Shown here: positions 1-8,909 of the stretch, in pieces
Numbering within the stretch: the first letter of the stretch is position 1
Layout of the letters: the number at the start of each line of letters is the position of its first letter
DNA from: a virus
Taxonomy: Duplodnaviria > Heunggongvirae > Uroviricota > Caudoviricetes
Direction: 5' to 3' (one strand)
IMG/VR virus record: IMGVR_UViG_2925897562_000001
Length of the DNA: 64,000 bases
The notes under the pieces: model-generated
The model's input: only the letters and a program-made list of their open reading frames with translations
What the model was told of the DNA's origin: nothing
Databases searched by the model: none
Position numbers and translations under genes: made by a program

Positions 1-116
1 GCGCGTCGAAAAGCCCAGACCGGCGCGGCAAAACTTGCCCGCAAAAAGTCAATGAAACTGCGCCGTAAGCGCCTTGGCTAAAGGAGGAGGCCGGAGAACT
101 CCGGCCTTTAACTTGA

Positions 117-698
117 ATGGCACCTATTCCTTATGGGGTTTACAGCCAGGCTGACGGTGTATCGCCATTTCTGAAAGTTACTTTAACGAACTCTCAGTAC
201 CAGGTTACCGGATATATCAGCCAGGGGGCGGCAATGAACATGGCCCAGAATTGGGAAGCGCCGTTTACCGGTATGTCCATGGGATCTGTTGCTGGTGCCT
301 TCAGTGGTTTTGCGCAGGTTGGTACTGAAACAACGTCGGTTGCCCGTTGGAACAGCTTAATGGTTTGGGAAGGGGGAACACCGCCGACTTTCACGCTGCC
401 AGTAACTTTCATCGCTTTGTTTGACCCATTCACGGAGGTTTCAGGAGCTATCGCCGCATTGTCAGCGATGATTAGCCCGGAACTTAAAGATGCCAGTATT
501 GGTGGTCGAATCCCGGAGCGCGTGACGCTAAACATTGGTCGCCGGATCAACATCATTGATGTCGCTATCCAGGACATAAGTTTCGATCTCGATGCGCCCA
601 GGGACAGCAATGGGCATTTCCTGAAAAACACCGTCAACCTCCAGTTGACCGGTTCTTCGATATATAACAGCTCCGATATTGTTCGGGCGTTCCAGTAA
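117..698 (+). CDS. hypothetical phage protein (193 aa)
   Basis: Intact ORF with GGAGG-type RBS upstream; no recognisable motif; convergent with repL. Confidence 0.5.
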   Translation: MAPIPYGVYSQADGVSPFLKVTLTNSQYQVTGYISQGAAMNMAQNWEAPFTGMSMGSVAGAFSGFAQVGTETTSVARWNSLMVWEGGTPPTFTLPVTFIALFDPFTEVSGAIAALSAMISPELKDASIGGRIPERVTLNIGRRINIIDVAIQDISFDLDAPRDSNGHFLKNTVNLQLTGSSIYNSSDIVRAFQ

Positions 699-709
699 AA
701 GGATTTTAT

Positions 710-1219
710 ATGGGGCACAATAACACTAAGGGAAACCGTAAATTTATTAAGGGCCGCTATACTGCCAACGCGGCCAAAGGCGAACGACTGGTATCTTCTG
801 AATTCCAGCTCACTTTTGCAGGCCATGAAGATATCAGCGTACTGGTTCGCACGTCGCAAATTCCTGAAATGACCCGCGAGGATGTGGAGGACTATGGTCC
901 GAATGGTGTGAAGTTCAACCAGCACGGACCAATTCGAAACTCTGGGGAAATCCAGGTCCAGTGCGTGGAGACTATCGAAGGCGATATTCTTCAGTTCATC
1001 AAGGATCGCATTGCGGCGAAGGACTATGTTGATATCACGATGGCTGCTACCCCTGAATCCAAATCTTCCGGGGTTAACGCTGTGACAAAAGCTGCTACAA
1101 CAATTGAAATGTTGGACTGCAAAATCTACAGTGATGCAATCGACTTTAGTACCGAAGATGTGACTGCCGCTGTGCGCCCGTCACTTCGTATCGTCTACAA
1201 CTGGATTGAGTGGGATTAA
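710..1219 (+). CDS. hypothetical phage protein (169 aa)
   Basis: Intact ORF 12 nt after previous gene, AAGGA RBS; followed by hairpin terminator. Confidence 0.5.
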   Translation: MGHNNTKGNRKFIKGRYTANAAKGERLVSSEFQLTFAGHEDISVLVRTSQIPEMTREDVEDYGPNGVKFNQHGPIRNSGEIQVQCVETIEGDILQFIKDRIAAKDYVDITMAATPESKSSGVNAVTKAATTIEMLDCKIYSDAIDFSTEDVTAAVRPSLRIVYNWIEWD

Positions 1220-1238
1220 GAGTCATCCCTTGTATTTT

Positions 1239-1264
1239 AAAGCTCCTTCGGGAGCTTTTTTATT
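1239..1264. terminator. rho-independent terminator (probably bidirectional)
   Basis: AAAGCTCC-TTCG-GGAGCTTT stem-loop followed by T-run, between convergent genes. Confidence 0.55.
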
Positions 1265-1335
1265 TGGAGAGGAAAGGGTGCATTGAGGATACCTGACACA
1301 CGAAGAGTGGCGAGGATCTCTCCCCGCCAGGTCTC

Positions 1336-1491
1336 TTACCTTTCAGATTCGTAGGCTGTGAAGACAGTGACCTCCGTCTGGCCGGTTCGGATTCGTACCT
1401 CGCAGAGGTCTTTCCTCGTTACCAGTGCCGTCACAATGACGGTTAAACAGATGACGATCAGAGCGATTAACATCGCTTTTTGCTGCTTCAT
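1336..1491 (-). CDS. hok: Hok/Gef-family membrane toxin (51 aa), type I toxin-antitoxin
   Basis: Hand translation gives MKQQKAMLIALIVICLTVIVTALVTRKDLCEVRIRTGQTEVTVFTAYESER; matches the Hok/Gef/RelF family signature (single TM helix, TRKxLCE, FxAYES); below the 60-aa ORF-track threshold. Confidence 0.8.
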   Translation of the reverse strand: MKQQKAMLIALIVICLTVIVTALVTRKDLCEVRIRTGQTEVTVFTAYESER

Positions 1492-1549
1492 AGCCTGCTT
1501 CTCCTTGACCTTTTGGTCGGTAAGAGGCTAATCTACGTATGCTAAGCAT
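1343..1549 (-). CDS. mok-like overlapping reading frame (68 aa) for translational coupling to hok
   Basis: ORF in a different frame covering almost all of hok, as mok does in hok/sok loci. Confidence 0.4.
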   Translation of the reverse strand: MLSIRRLASYRPKGQGEAGYEAAKSDVNRSDRHLFNRHCDGTGNEERPLRGTNPNRPDGGHCLHSLRI

Positions 1550-1968
1550 AGATATGGCCTCAGATTAATGTTAAGCGTCTTGCAGGACGCGTAATGTTAT
1601 CTGGGGCTTTCTTCTATCTGCTTTTCGGGTAATGCCTGAAGCAGATAGCCTCAAGCACCCGCAACGATTGTATCAATGTCTGGCTTTTTTTCTATAGAAA
1701 TCACCTGGAAGGGTGAATATCCACATCAGAAGAAATGTTGCAGCAAACATGATCCCTAATGGCCAGACCGCGCCAAAGAAAATCCATACTAAGATCTCCT
1801 CTGCTCGTTCTTTGCGGTCGATATCGACAAGCATTTTTCGGCTGATCATGTATACACAGAAGCCAATACAAACATATCCTGCAAAAGCGATCGCTAACTG
1901 TAAAAAATCAGATTGCATCTCCGACCTCAAACTGAAAACGCCAGGTGACTCCAGATTAGAGCAATCTA

Positions 1969-2814
1969 TCACCCCCTGAATCCTGCCGGTATACCCCATT
2001 TTTCGTTATCTTTATTTTTGGCTAAAATCGCATTAAGAGCTTCGTTTACCGTCATGCAATGCGGCAAATTATCGAAGTTTGATACCCCGCCAATATCAGG
2101 AGAACGCTTGTTCTTCAGGTAAGCATATTTCCGCGCTGCCGCCTCTACTTTCTGCTTGAACTCATGTTTTTGAGCGCGTTTTTTGGATAACCGCAGATTG
2201 TCAGCCTTTGCTTTTGCCTCAGCGATCCATGAAGTCAATTTTTTGAGTCTGCTCGTTCCGGCACCGCCGGAAACTGATCTTTTTGTTTTTTTAACTTGTG
2301 ACTTCTTATTCTTTATTGCCACGTCATCCTGACAGGGGGAGGGGGTATCATTTTGACATGGGGGTGTGGATAAAAAATTAAATAAAGCCAATGTCTTAGC
2401 GAGAACAGCTTTAACCTTGGTTGCCGCTGAAGAGATCTTTAATTTGCTTTCAATCAGCGCATTTTTGGCTTGTTGTGCGAAGGCCAAAAAGGATGGTGTA
2501 AACCGGTACAGGTTAGCGCGACGTTCATGGTGATCGCCGATAACAATCTCTACAGACAGAATTCCTTTGTTTACAGCTTCACGGAATGCACGAACGACGG
2601 TTGATTGGCTATAACCAGTTTCTGCCGCGATCAGGCGGTGAGGCTTGTGAATGAAGTATTCACTGGTTGTTGCCGCTAGATTTGCACATTGCGACAGGAT
2701 ATGCCCGGCGCTACGGGATAGACCGGAGTGTGTTACAAAGCAGGCCAATTCATAGCCAGAAAAAGTAAAATCGCTCATCGTTATACAGCTCAGGAAAGTG
2801 ACTTTAGCCAGCAT
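1969..2814 (-). CDS. repL: lytic replication initiator RepL (281 aa)
   Basis: Length and position downstream of kilA match P1 RepL; basic K-rich C-terminal half. Confidence 0.8.
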   Translation of the reverse strand: MLAKVTFLSCITMSDFTFSGYELACFVTHSGLSRSAGHILSQCANLAATTSEYFIHKPHRLIAAETGYSQSTVVRAFREAVNKGILSVEIVIGDHHERRANLYRFTPSFLAFAQQAKNALIESKLKISSAATKVKAVLAKTLALFNFLSTPPCQNDTPSPCQDDVAIKNKKSQVKKTKRSVSGGAGTSRLKKLTSWIAEAKAKADNLRLSKKRAQKHEFKQKVEAAARKYAYLKNKRSPDIGGVSNFDNLPHCMTVNEALNAILAKNKDNEKWGIPAGFRG

Positions 2815-2843
2815 TACAATGCTGGTGGTTCTTACTACGTCTG

Positions 2844-3644
2844 TTAGCGCGTTGCCGCGACAGGTACCAGCACACCAGCATCAAGCAATCGCTTCATCAG
2901 CCACTGCTGACCTTTGCCGGTTATACGAGTCGTGAAAGAAATCCTGCTTCCATTGCTTGTATCGATCACGGTTTCTTTAAGGGTGAAATACCCACGGGAT
3001 ATGTATTCTTGTTTGGGGACGTTCCTGCGTTCACCGGTTGCGATCAGAATTCCGTTATCACGCAACCAGGTGAAGAGATAGTTTTGGCCCAGGCCGAGCA
3101 CTTTGGCATAGTTGCCGATTAGAACTCCGCTGGCGGTAGCAACGCGTTCGGCGAATTCGACTTTAGGTGCATCCATAAGCATTTTTTGCTCCAGCCGTTG
3201 CTTTTGCTCTGCCAGGTCGGCAGCCAAACGGAGAGCTTCAGGGAGACTCTGCGGAATAGCAGGTTGTAATCTTCCGGCTCGATAGTCGATAAATGTCTGG
3301 TTTACCTTCAGCCGAAACGCGGGAGAAATCCAGCCTGCGTACTCCACAGCGAGCAATTCATGGGCAAAAGTGCCGCCGCCACGGCCTTCGAAAGAAACTA
3401 TGCAATTCTGCATAGTTTCTTTTTCAAGCTCTTCGATGAGCTGTTTGGCTGACAGCGTTCTTAGCCATTGAGCTGGCGCTTTATGGGCACCGAGTCCGCT
3501 CGCTCTGTGTAGAGCATTAAGGTTGTAACGGCCAGCGCGGTCGGTCGTAATTTCAACACCACAAATAACAGGCAGAGTGGTTGAAGGATCGACATTTTGA
3601 TGAAGGTTTGATATATTCATATCCGCATTGAATGTTTGTTGCAT
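2844..3644 (-). CDS. kilA: KilA (KilA-N domain protein, 266 aa)
   Basis: 266 aa; C-terminal half (LPEALRLAADLAEQK...GKGQQWL) paralogous to Ant C-terminus; directly upstream of repL. Confidence 0.8.
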   Translation of the reverse strand: MQQTFNADMNISNLHQNVDPSTTLPVICGVEITTDRAGRYNLNALHRASGLGAHKAPAQWLRTLSAKQLIEELEKETMQNCIVSFEGRGGGTFAHELLAVEYAGWISPAFRLKVNQTFIDYRAGRLQPAIPQSLPEALRLAADLAEQKQRLEQKMLMDAPKVEFAERVATASGVLIGNYAKVLGLGQNYLFTWLRDNGILIATGERRNVPKQEYISRGYFTLKETVIDTSNGSRISFTTRITGKGQQWLMKRLLDAGVLVPVAATR

Positions 3645-3713
3645 TTTTTCTCCAAATTTGCATCAACCTTCAATCACCAGCTCGAAATGGTGATTCTTTG
3701 CACTTAGAAAACG

Positions 3714-3730
3714 AAATTTATTAGAGCAAA
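3714..3730. promoter_or_regulatory. C1 repressor operator (Op53-like) upstream of kilA-repL
   Basis: AAATTTATTAGAGCAAA, 16 of 17 to the P1 C1 operator consensus (reverse orientation). Confidence 0.6.
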
Positions 3731-3807
3731 TTTTTCTGGCCCGATCCAGATCGGGTTGGTCGATCTGCTCAGAAACCTGCCAGTTTGCTGGCAGGTTTTT
3801 TCTTTTG

Positions 3808-4851
3808 TTAACCTATTGCTACTGGTTTTAACAAACCAGCATCAAGTAGCTTGCGAGTTAACCACTGCTGGCCTTTACCCGTTAATTGGGGCGTCAGCCG
3901 TATCTGGTAGCCATTTTCATCATCCAGCACCACTTCTTTCACCGTGAAATATCCGGCGTTGATGTACTGCTGGCGCGGTACGTTTTTGCGCGCACCAAAA
4001 GCCATGAGAATGCCGTTCTGGCGCAACCATGAGAAAAGGGCGTTTTGCTTAAGTCCAACGACCTTTGCAAAGTTCCCGATCAGGATTCCATTAGCCGCTG
4101 ATACCCGGTCGGCAAAATCGACTTTAGGGGCTGCGGCCACCAGCTGTTGTTCCAACTGCATTTTCTGTTCTGCCAACTCGGCAGCCAGGCGTAGAGCTTC
4201 TGGTAATGTTTGGGGGATCGATGGGGTAGGTGAGTTTGCCTGCTGCAATTCTTCCAGTTTGTCGATCAGCGAACGGCGGACCGCTTTCGATTCGCGCGCG
4301 GCGACTCGCAGGGCTTGTTTGTAGGTCATGGTTATGACAACCATAGGCGTACCGCCACCTGGCGGCACGGTTGCACTTTTTGTGTAACCGTCCTCACCTT
4401 CTAATTCGTCGAGTATTTTTTCGATGAATTTGTTGTTCCGAACCTCTGGTTCCCCACATAACTTACGCGCTTCATTGACCATCTTTAACAGTGTCAGGCT
4501 GTCGATTGTGTCTCCGGTGGTGGGGATGACATTCACGGCTGGTGCTGACGTTGCTGAAGCAACAGGTGCTGGTTTTTTAACATTCAAATTATTACTGGTC
4601 ATTCTATGTGCCTCCTTTCTCATTTCTGCTGCCACCGTTGCGTAACGTAGACGTCCTTGTTCAATCAAATAATCCCTGATCTCGGCTATCAGTAGCCTGT
4701 TGATCACAGCCTTATCTGTTCGGGTATAAAAACGCCTGGTTATCATGAAATAGTTGGCAATTGCGCCGGGGATCTCCCGTGTCGGCATACAGGCAGTATG
4801 CAGGGCGATCGCTTCGGCTATTTCATTACGGGTGACGAGAGGTTTTTTCAT
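3808..4851 (-). CDS. ant1: antirepressor Ant1 (347 aa; Ant2 from internal in-frame start)
   Basis: Start overlaps icd stop (coupling); C-terminal KilAC-like domain; immI gene order c4-icd-ant. Confidence 0.8.
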   Translation of the reverse strand: MKKPLVTRNEIAEAIALHTACMPTREIPGAIANYFMITRRFYTRTDKAVINRLLIAEIRDYLIEQGRLRYATVAAEMRKEAHRMTSNNLNVKKPAPVASATSAPAVNVIPTTGDTIDSLTLLKMVNEARKLCGEPEVRNNKFIEKILDELEGEDGYTKSATVPPGGGTPMVVITMTYKQALRVAARESKAVRRSLIDKLEELQQANSPTPSIPQTLPEALRLAAELAEQKMQLEQQLVAAAPKVDFADRVSAANGILIGNFAKVVGLKQNALFSWLRQNGILMAFGARKNVPRQQYINAGYFTVKEVVLDDENGYQIRLTPQLTGKGQQWLTRKLLDAGLLKPVAIG

Positions 4852-5069
4852 AAAACCCCCTGAACGTCAGCAGAGAAGGGGAGGTTCCAGTAACTAAGTG
4901 AATTGCGCGAGTTAGTAGAAAAACGGGCAGTAAAAATGCAGGGACCATCAGGCAATTGAGAGCGTGCTTCGTCTTCAGTTGCTGCGATAACGAAGTGATA
5001 GTGGTGTTTTTTACAGGAATAGAAACGCCAGATGAATTCTGGGCGTGCGCAAGGATTGGCATTAACCAT
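4848..5069 (-). CDS. icd: Icd cell-division inhibitor (73 aa)
   Basis: 73-aa ORF translationally coupled to ant1, preceded by c4 target motifs. Confidence 0.7.
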   Translation of the reverse strand: MVNANPCARPEFIWRFYSCKKHHYHFVIAATEDEARSQLPDGPCIFTARFSTNSRNSLSYWNLPFSADVQGVL

Positions 5070-5119
5070 AGTTACGGCCTCACAATCAGGTTTAACAACC
5101 TGCTACCCGCTGCTAAACA

Positions 5120-5200
5120 GGTGGCAGGACGTGACGGGGTTAGCAGACTGGCGATTGTGAAACCAGCAGGCCGAAGCCTCCCCATCACGCCCCACCATAA
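5120..5200 (-). ncRNA. c4: c4-like antisense repressor RNA of immI (approximate position)
   Basis: Transcript-sense motif GUUUAGCAGC occurs twice (plus-strand 5109-5118 and 5278-5287) with a complementary CUGCUAAC element between them (5139-5146), as expected for c4 a'/b' pairing; exact ends not determinable. Confidence 0.3.
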
Positions 5201-5383
5201 TTTGGGCGTAACGCGGTTTTACGGACACAAAAATACCGCAATATCGGATATCTGCGGCTGTCCGCACAATCATTCAGGCTGCTAAACCCGGTCGCAGAAT
5301 TTGCTACGACGGCGGAACTATAAGCCTGAACGATTAAAAGGTCAATATGATGCGAAAAGATAGCATTCGCGACTTAAAAATAC

Positions 5384-5400
5384 AAATTTATTAGAGCATT
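5384..5400. promoter_or_regulatory. C1 operator (Op51-like) at immI promoter
   Basis: AAATTTATTAGAGCATT, 16 of 17 to C1 operator consensus. Confidence 0.6.
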
Positions 5401-5496
5401 GCATGCTTAATAAATACACAATTGGATCTAATAACCTCTTTTTTTTAAAGGCGAAAATATGTACCCTAAATGAGTTATAAGGCAGGTGAGGTTATA

Positions 5497-6144
5497 ATGA
5501 GAAAACTATTACTACCGTTATTATTTATGGCTGGGACTGTTAATGCAGCATCAAGCGTAAAGGAGATTTGTACCGATTATACGAAATACCTTGGGCACGT
5601 TTACGGCTTTGCTGTCAGTCAAGACGAATCCATGCGCAAGAAGTTACTGTCAGATATGAAACGCCTTAAACTTTCTGAAGCGATGGTGCAGCAAGAACTG
5701 TATAAAGTCGCAACCAACGAAAATGCTAAATATCAATATTCTCGCCTATTAAATCCCGACGCAAACGAGATCAATCGAAGCTCTTTCGATTATATGGTAA
5801 AGGCATGCGAAACCGCTCCTGATTTTGCTATCCCTAGCTGGGGGGTGCTGGTGGCGAGCAATGCCGTTAATAAAGAAGATGTTGGAAGAAATGGCATTGA
5901 CTCAATCAGAAATGCCCCAGGAATGCGCCATCAAAACGTTCAGGGTACGCTTGAAGAGCGGGCCAGGGGGCCGGGTACAAACTCCCCAATGGGAAACCTC
6001 TCTCCAGAAGAATTGCAAGAGTATAACCAACGGATGGAGCAGTATGAGAAAGCGGCACGCGAAAAAATGGAACAACAAAAGAACGGCTCACTTAATACCT
6101 TCCAGCAAGGTTTAAAAGCGCTTAATTTACCCTATGAATGGTAA
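5497..6144 (+). CDS. secreted (signal-peptide) protein carrying a Sit-like peptide motif; candidate superinfection-exclusion (Sim-like) protein
   Basis: ATG at 5497 with GGTGAGG RBS; N-terminal MRKLLLPLLFMAGTVNAASS signal peptide; GMRHQNVQGTLEERARGPG resembles Sit GMRREVVQGTLEERARGKG. Confidence 0.6.
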   Translation: MRKLLLPLLFMAGTVNAASSVKEICTDYTKYLGHVYGFAVSQDESMRKKLLSDMKRLKLSEAMVQQELYKVATNENAKYQYSRLLNPDANEINRSSFDYMVKACETAPDFAIPSWGVLVASNAVNKEDVGRNGIDSIRNAPGMRHQNVQGTLEERARGPGTNSPMGNLSPEELQEYNQRMEQYEKAAREKMEQQKNGSLNTFQQGLKALNLPYEW

Positions 6145-6208
6145 ATATATGATGGGTAATTAATTAAAATATTGATAATAATTGTTAATATCCAAAGGAG
6201 ATAAATTA

Positions 6209-6685
6209 ATGCGCATCAAACGATTTTTTCTAATTCTTGCTTTGCTTACTCCTTTTTCGTCAATGGCAAATGTAAGCAAATGGTCAACCGGCGAGACTCA
6301 TGGTGTTCGTTCTTATGCTGTTTCCAGCAAAGATAATTATACGCTTACATTTGAGTGCGATGTTGGATTTAATAATACGGATCCCAATCAAGTAGGAACA
6401 CGACTACTCACTCTCATGAAAACAGAACCTGGCGGTGAGTCATTTGATGCTAAAAAAGAACAAATAACGCTGAAAGTTGGTGATGATGAATATCCTATCA
6501 GTTCTATCGGTTCCTCTGTGGGTGATAGTTACTGGTATGGTTTTTGGTCAGATACCCCTGATATGGAAGTTAAAACATTCGATGCATACGTAGACGGAAA
6601 AAAAATCGCAACATTTACGCTACGTAAGGCCGCAGAGCTTTTCAACGCGGCACCTGAAGATGGCTGCCTGAAGCGCGCAAAATGA
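6209..6685 (+). CDS. secreted protein (signal peptide MRIKRFFLILALLTPFSSMA)
   Basis: AAGGAG RBS 9 nt before the ATG at 6209; hydrophobic N-terminus with a plausible signal peptidase site. Confidence 0.6.
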   Translation: MRIKRFFLILALLTPFSSMANVSKWSTGETHGVRSYAVSSKDNYTLTFECDVGFNNTDPNQVGTRLLTLMKTEPGGESFDAKKEQITLKVGDDEYPISSIGSSVGDSYWYGFWSDTPDMEVKTFDAYVDGKKIATFTLRKAAELFNAAPEDGCLKRAK

Positions 6686-6719
6686 CCTGTCACAAATGAC
6701 TACTCGTAGAATCGGTTAA

Positions 6720-7310
<591 letters not shown>

Positions 7311-7320
7311 GGGGGCTGAT

Positions 7321-7932
7321 ATGGGGCTTAATGTTGCTTCAGTAAAGTCTTATGTATCTTCGGCATTAACGACGACATTATTTGGCTCCGGCGTTGGTGA
7401 GCGGGAAGTTGGTAAGCTGACGTCAATCATCATGAACAAAATGCTGTTCGCGCAAGGATGGCAGTTCTCTGTCGAAGTTGATGGTCTGGAGGGGGCAGAC
7501 TTCTTTGCTAAAGACATTACCTACCACGATTACAGCATCGAATATGAAACGATTAAAATCGGCGGAGGGAATATCCTTCAGCCAACGGAGCGTTCGCCTG
7601 GGCAGATAACAATGATGGTCAGGGATACCGTTGATGGCCTCGTTTTGGACTGGTTTAAGACGGCAAAAGGTCGGGTTATCAATCCGGACGGTACCGGGAA
7701 TATACCGTCTAAATATTTGCTCAATGTGCGTATTTATCGGTTGCTGTCCTCCGGTTTAACCAAACTGGAAAATGAGATGACGGTATTCCCGGTCACTACT
7801 GGCGATGTCACCTATGCGCGGGATCAGGTTACGGAATTTAAGTCATTCCCAATGACCTTCGCATTGCACAGCACGTTTAACCAATCCTCAAGTTCTTTAG
7901 CTTCCCTTCTGGGCTTTAGTTTTTCTCTTTGA
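7321..7932 (+). CDS. phage structural protein (203 aa)
   Basis: Intact ORF, operon context. Confidence 0.5.
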   Translation: MGLNVASVKSYVSSALTTTLFGSGVGEREVGKLTSIIMNKMLFAQGWQFSVEVDGLEGADFFAKDITYHDYSIEYETIKIGGGNILQPTERSPGQITMMVRDTVDGLVLDWFKTAKGRVINPDGTGNIPSKYLLNVRIYRLLSSGLTKLENEMTVFPVTTGDVTYARDQVTEFKSFPMTFALHSTFNQSSSSLASLLGFSFSL

Positions 7933-7946
7933 ATTAAGGAGCAAGG

Positions 7947-8828
7947 ATGCTTTTACCTCTTTTCCCGCTACCATCGCGGCCAACTGAATTGATCCAGTTC
8001 CGTCAGCCAAATATTGCTGATGCGATGCGTTTCAACTCGATAACACCGGAGGAACAAGAACAACAGACAACGGCGTATTTAAAAGTCTTGCTGGCTGAAC
8101 CCGCGAAATATGATCCCCTGACATGGACGGCGCAGGACCGGATTACCGCGTTATGGTGGATATTTACTGGCTCCCGTGAAACACCGGTCGAGACATTCAC
8201 CTACACCTGTAAACATTGCGGTAAAGAGCATTATTACGATTGCGATATGAATGCTCTGGCTGAAGATATCCAGGTCCTGGAAGTGGAACCGTTCATTGAC
8301 GATATTGAGGTGTCTGTAGAGGGCGTGCCTTATCAATGGCGTATCGTGCCGCTTGATGGTTGGGCAATGGAAATGCTGGAGATGCGCCGTGCAGCATTGC
8401 CACCTGAAGACGACGCGGAATTCAAAGAAGCGATCGTTGATTTGCGTTTTTGGGAATTCGCTTATCAGTGTGAACTTTATAACGATGTTAGCGGTACTCG
8501 TGAAGAGCAGGCTGAGCGTCGTTATGAAACGATCAAACGGATGGCCATTGATACTGAATTTATGAAGCTGGCGGCACACATCCGGCTGGCTCATGAAAAG
8601 CTCGAACATGGTTTACCGTGCTACATCGATAAAGGCGAAATGCGTCTTCGTCTCCCGCCGCACAAATGCCCAAACCAGGATACAAAGGAGTCCACAGAGG
8701 GTGCGTATACCCGTCTGTGGGTGCCCTTTCGGGCTACCGACTTCATTCCACAGGTGGGGATTGAAAAGCTATCAGACCTTAGTGTCCAACCTGGTTTTGT
8801 ATGGGGGTATACCGATTCAGGACGCTGA
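7947..8828 (+). CDS. phage morphogenesis protein with Cys-rich motifs (293 aa)
   Basis: CKHCGKEHYYDCD and HKCP motifs; operon context upstream of sit. Confidence 0.5.
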   Translation: MLLPLFPLPSRPTELIQFRQPNIADAMRFNSITPEEQEQQTTAYLKVLLAEPAKYDPLTWTAQDRITALWWIFTGSRETPVETFTYTCKHCGKEHYYDCDMNALAEDIQVLEVEPFIDDIEVSVEGVPYQWRIVPLDGWAMEMLEMRRAALPPEDDAEFKEAIVDLRFWEFAYQCELYNDVSGTREEQAERRYETIKRMAIDTEFMKLAAHIRLAHEKLEHGLPCYIDKGEMRLRLPPHKCPNQDTKESTEGAYTRLWVPFRATDFIPQVGIEKLSDLSVQPGFVWGYTDSGR

Positions 8829-8909
8829 AAGGCTCACTGAATCCTATGCGTTTTTCCTGTTGGAGAAACTGGAAGAAAAACTTAAACCGAAGCGGTAGGC
8901 GATAAGATC

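Noticed and set aside
3944-4645. Plus-strand ORFs inside ant1 (3944..4324, 4424..4645)
   Set aside because: Antisense to a well-supported gene; Cys/Ser-rich low-complexity translations.
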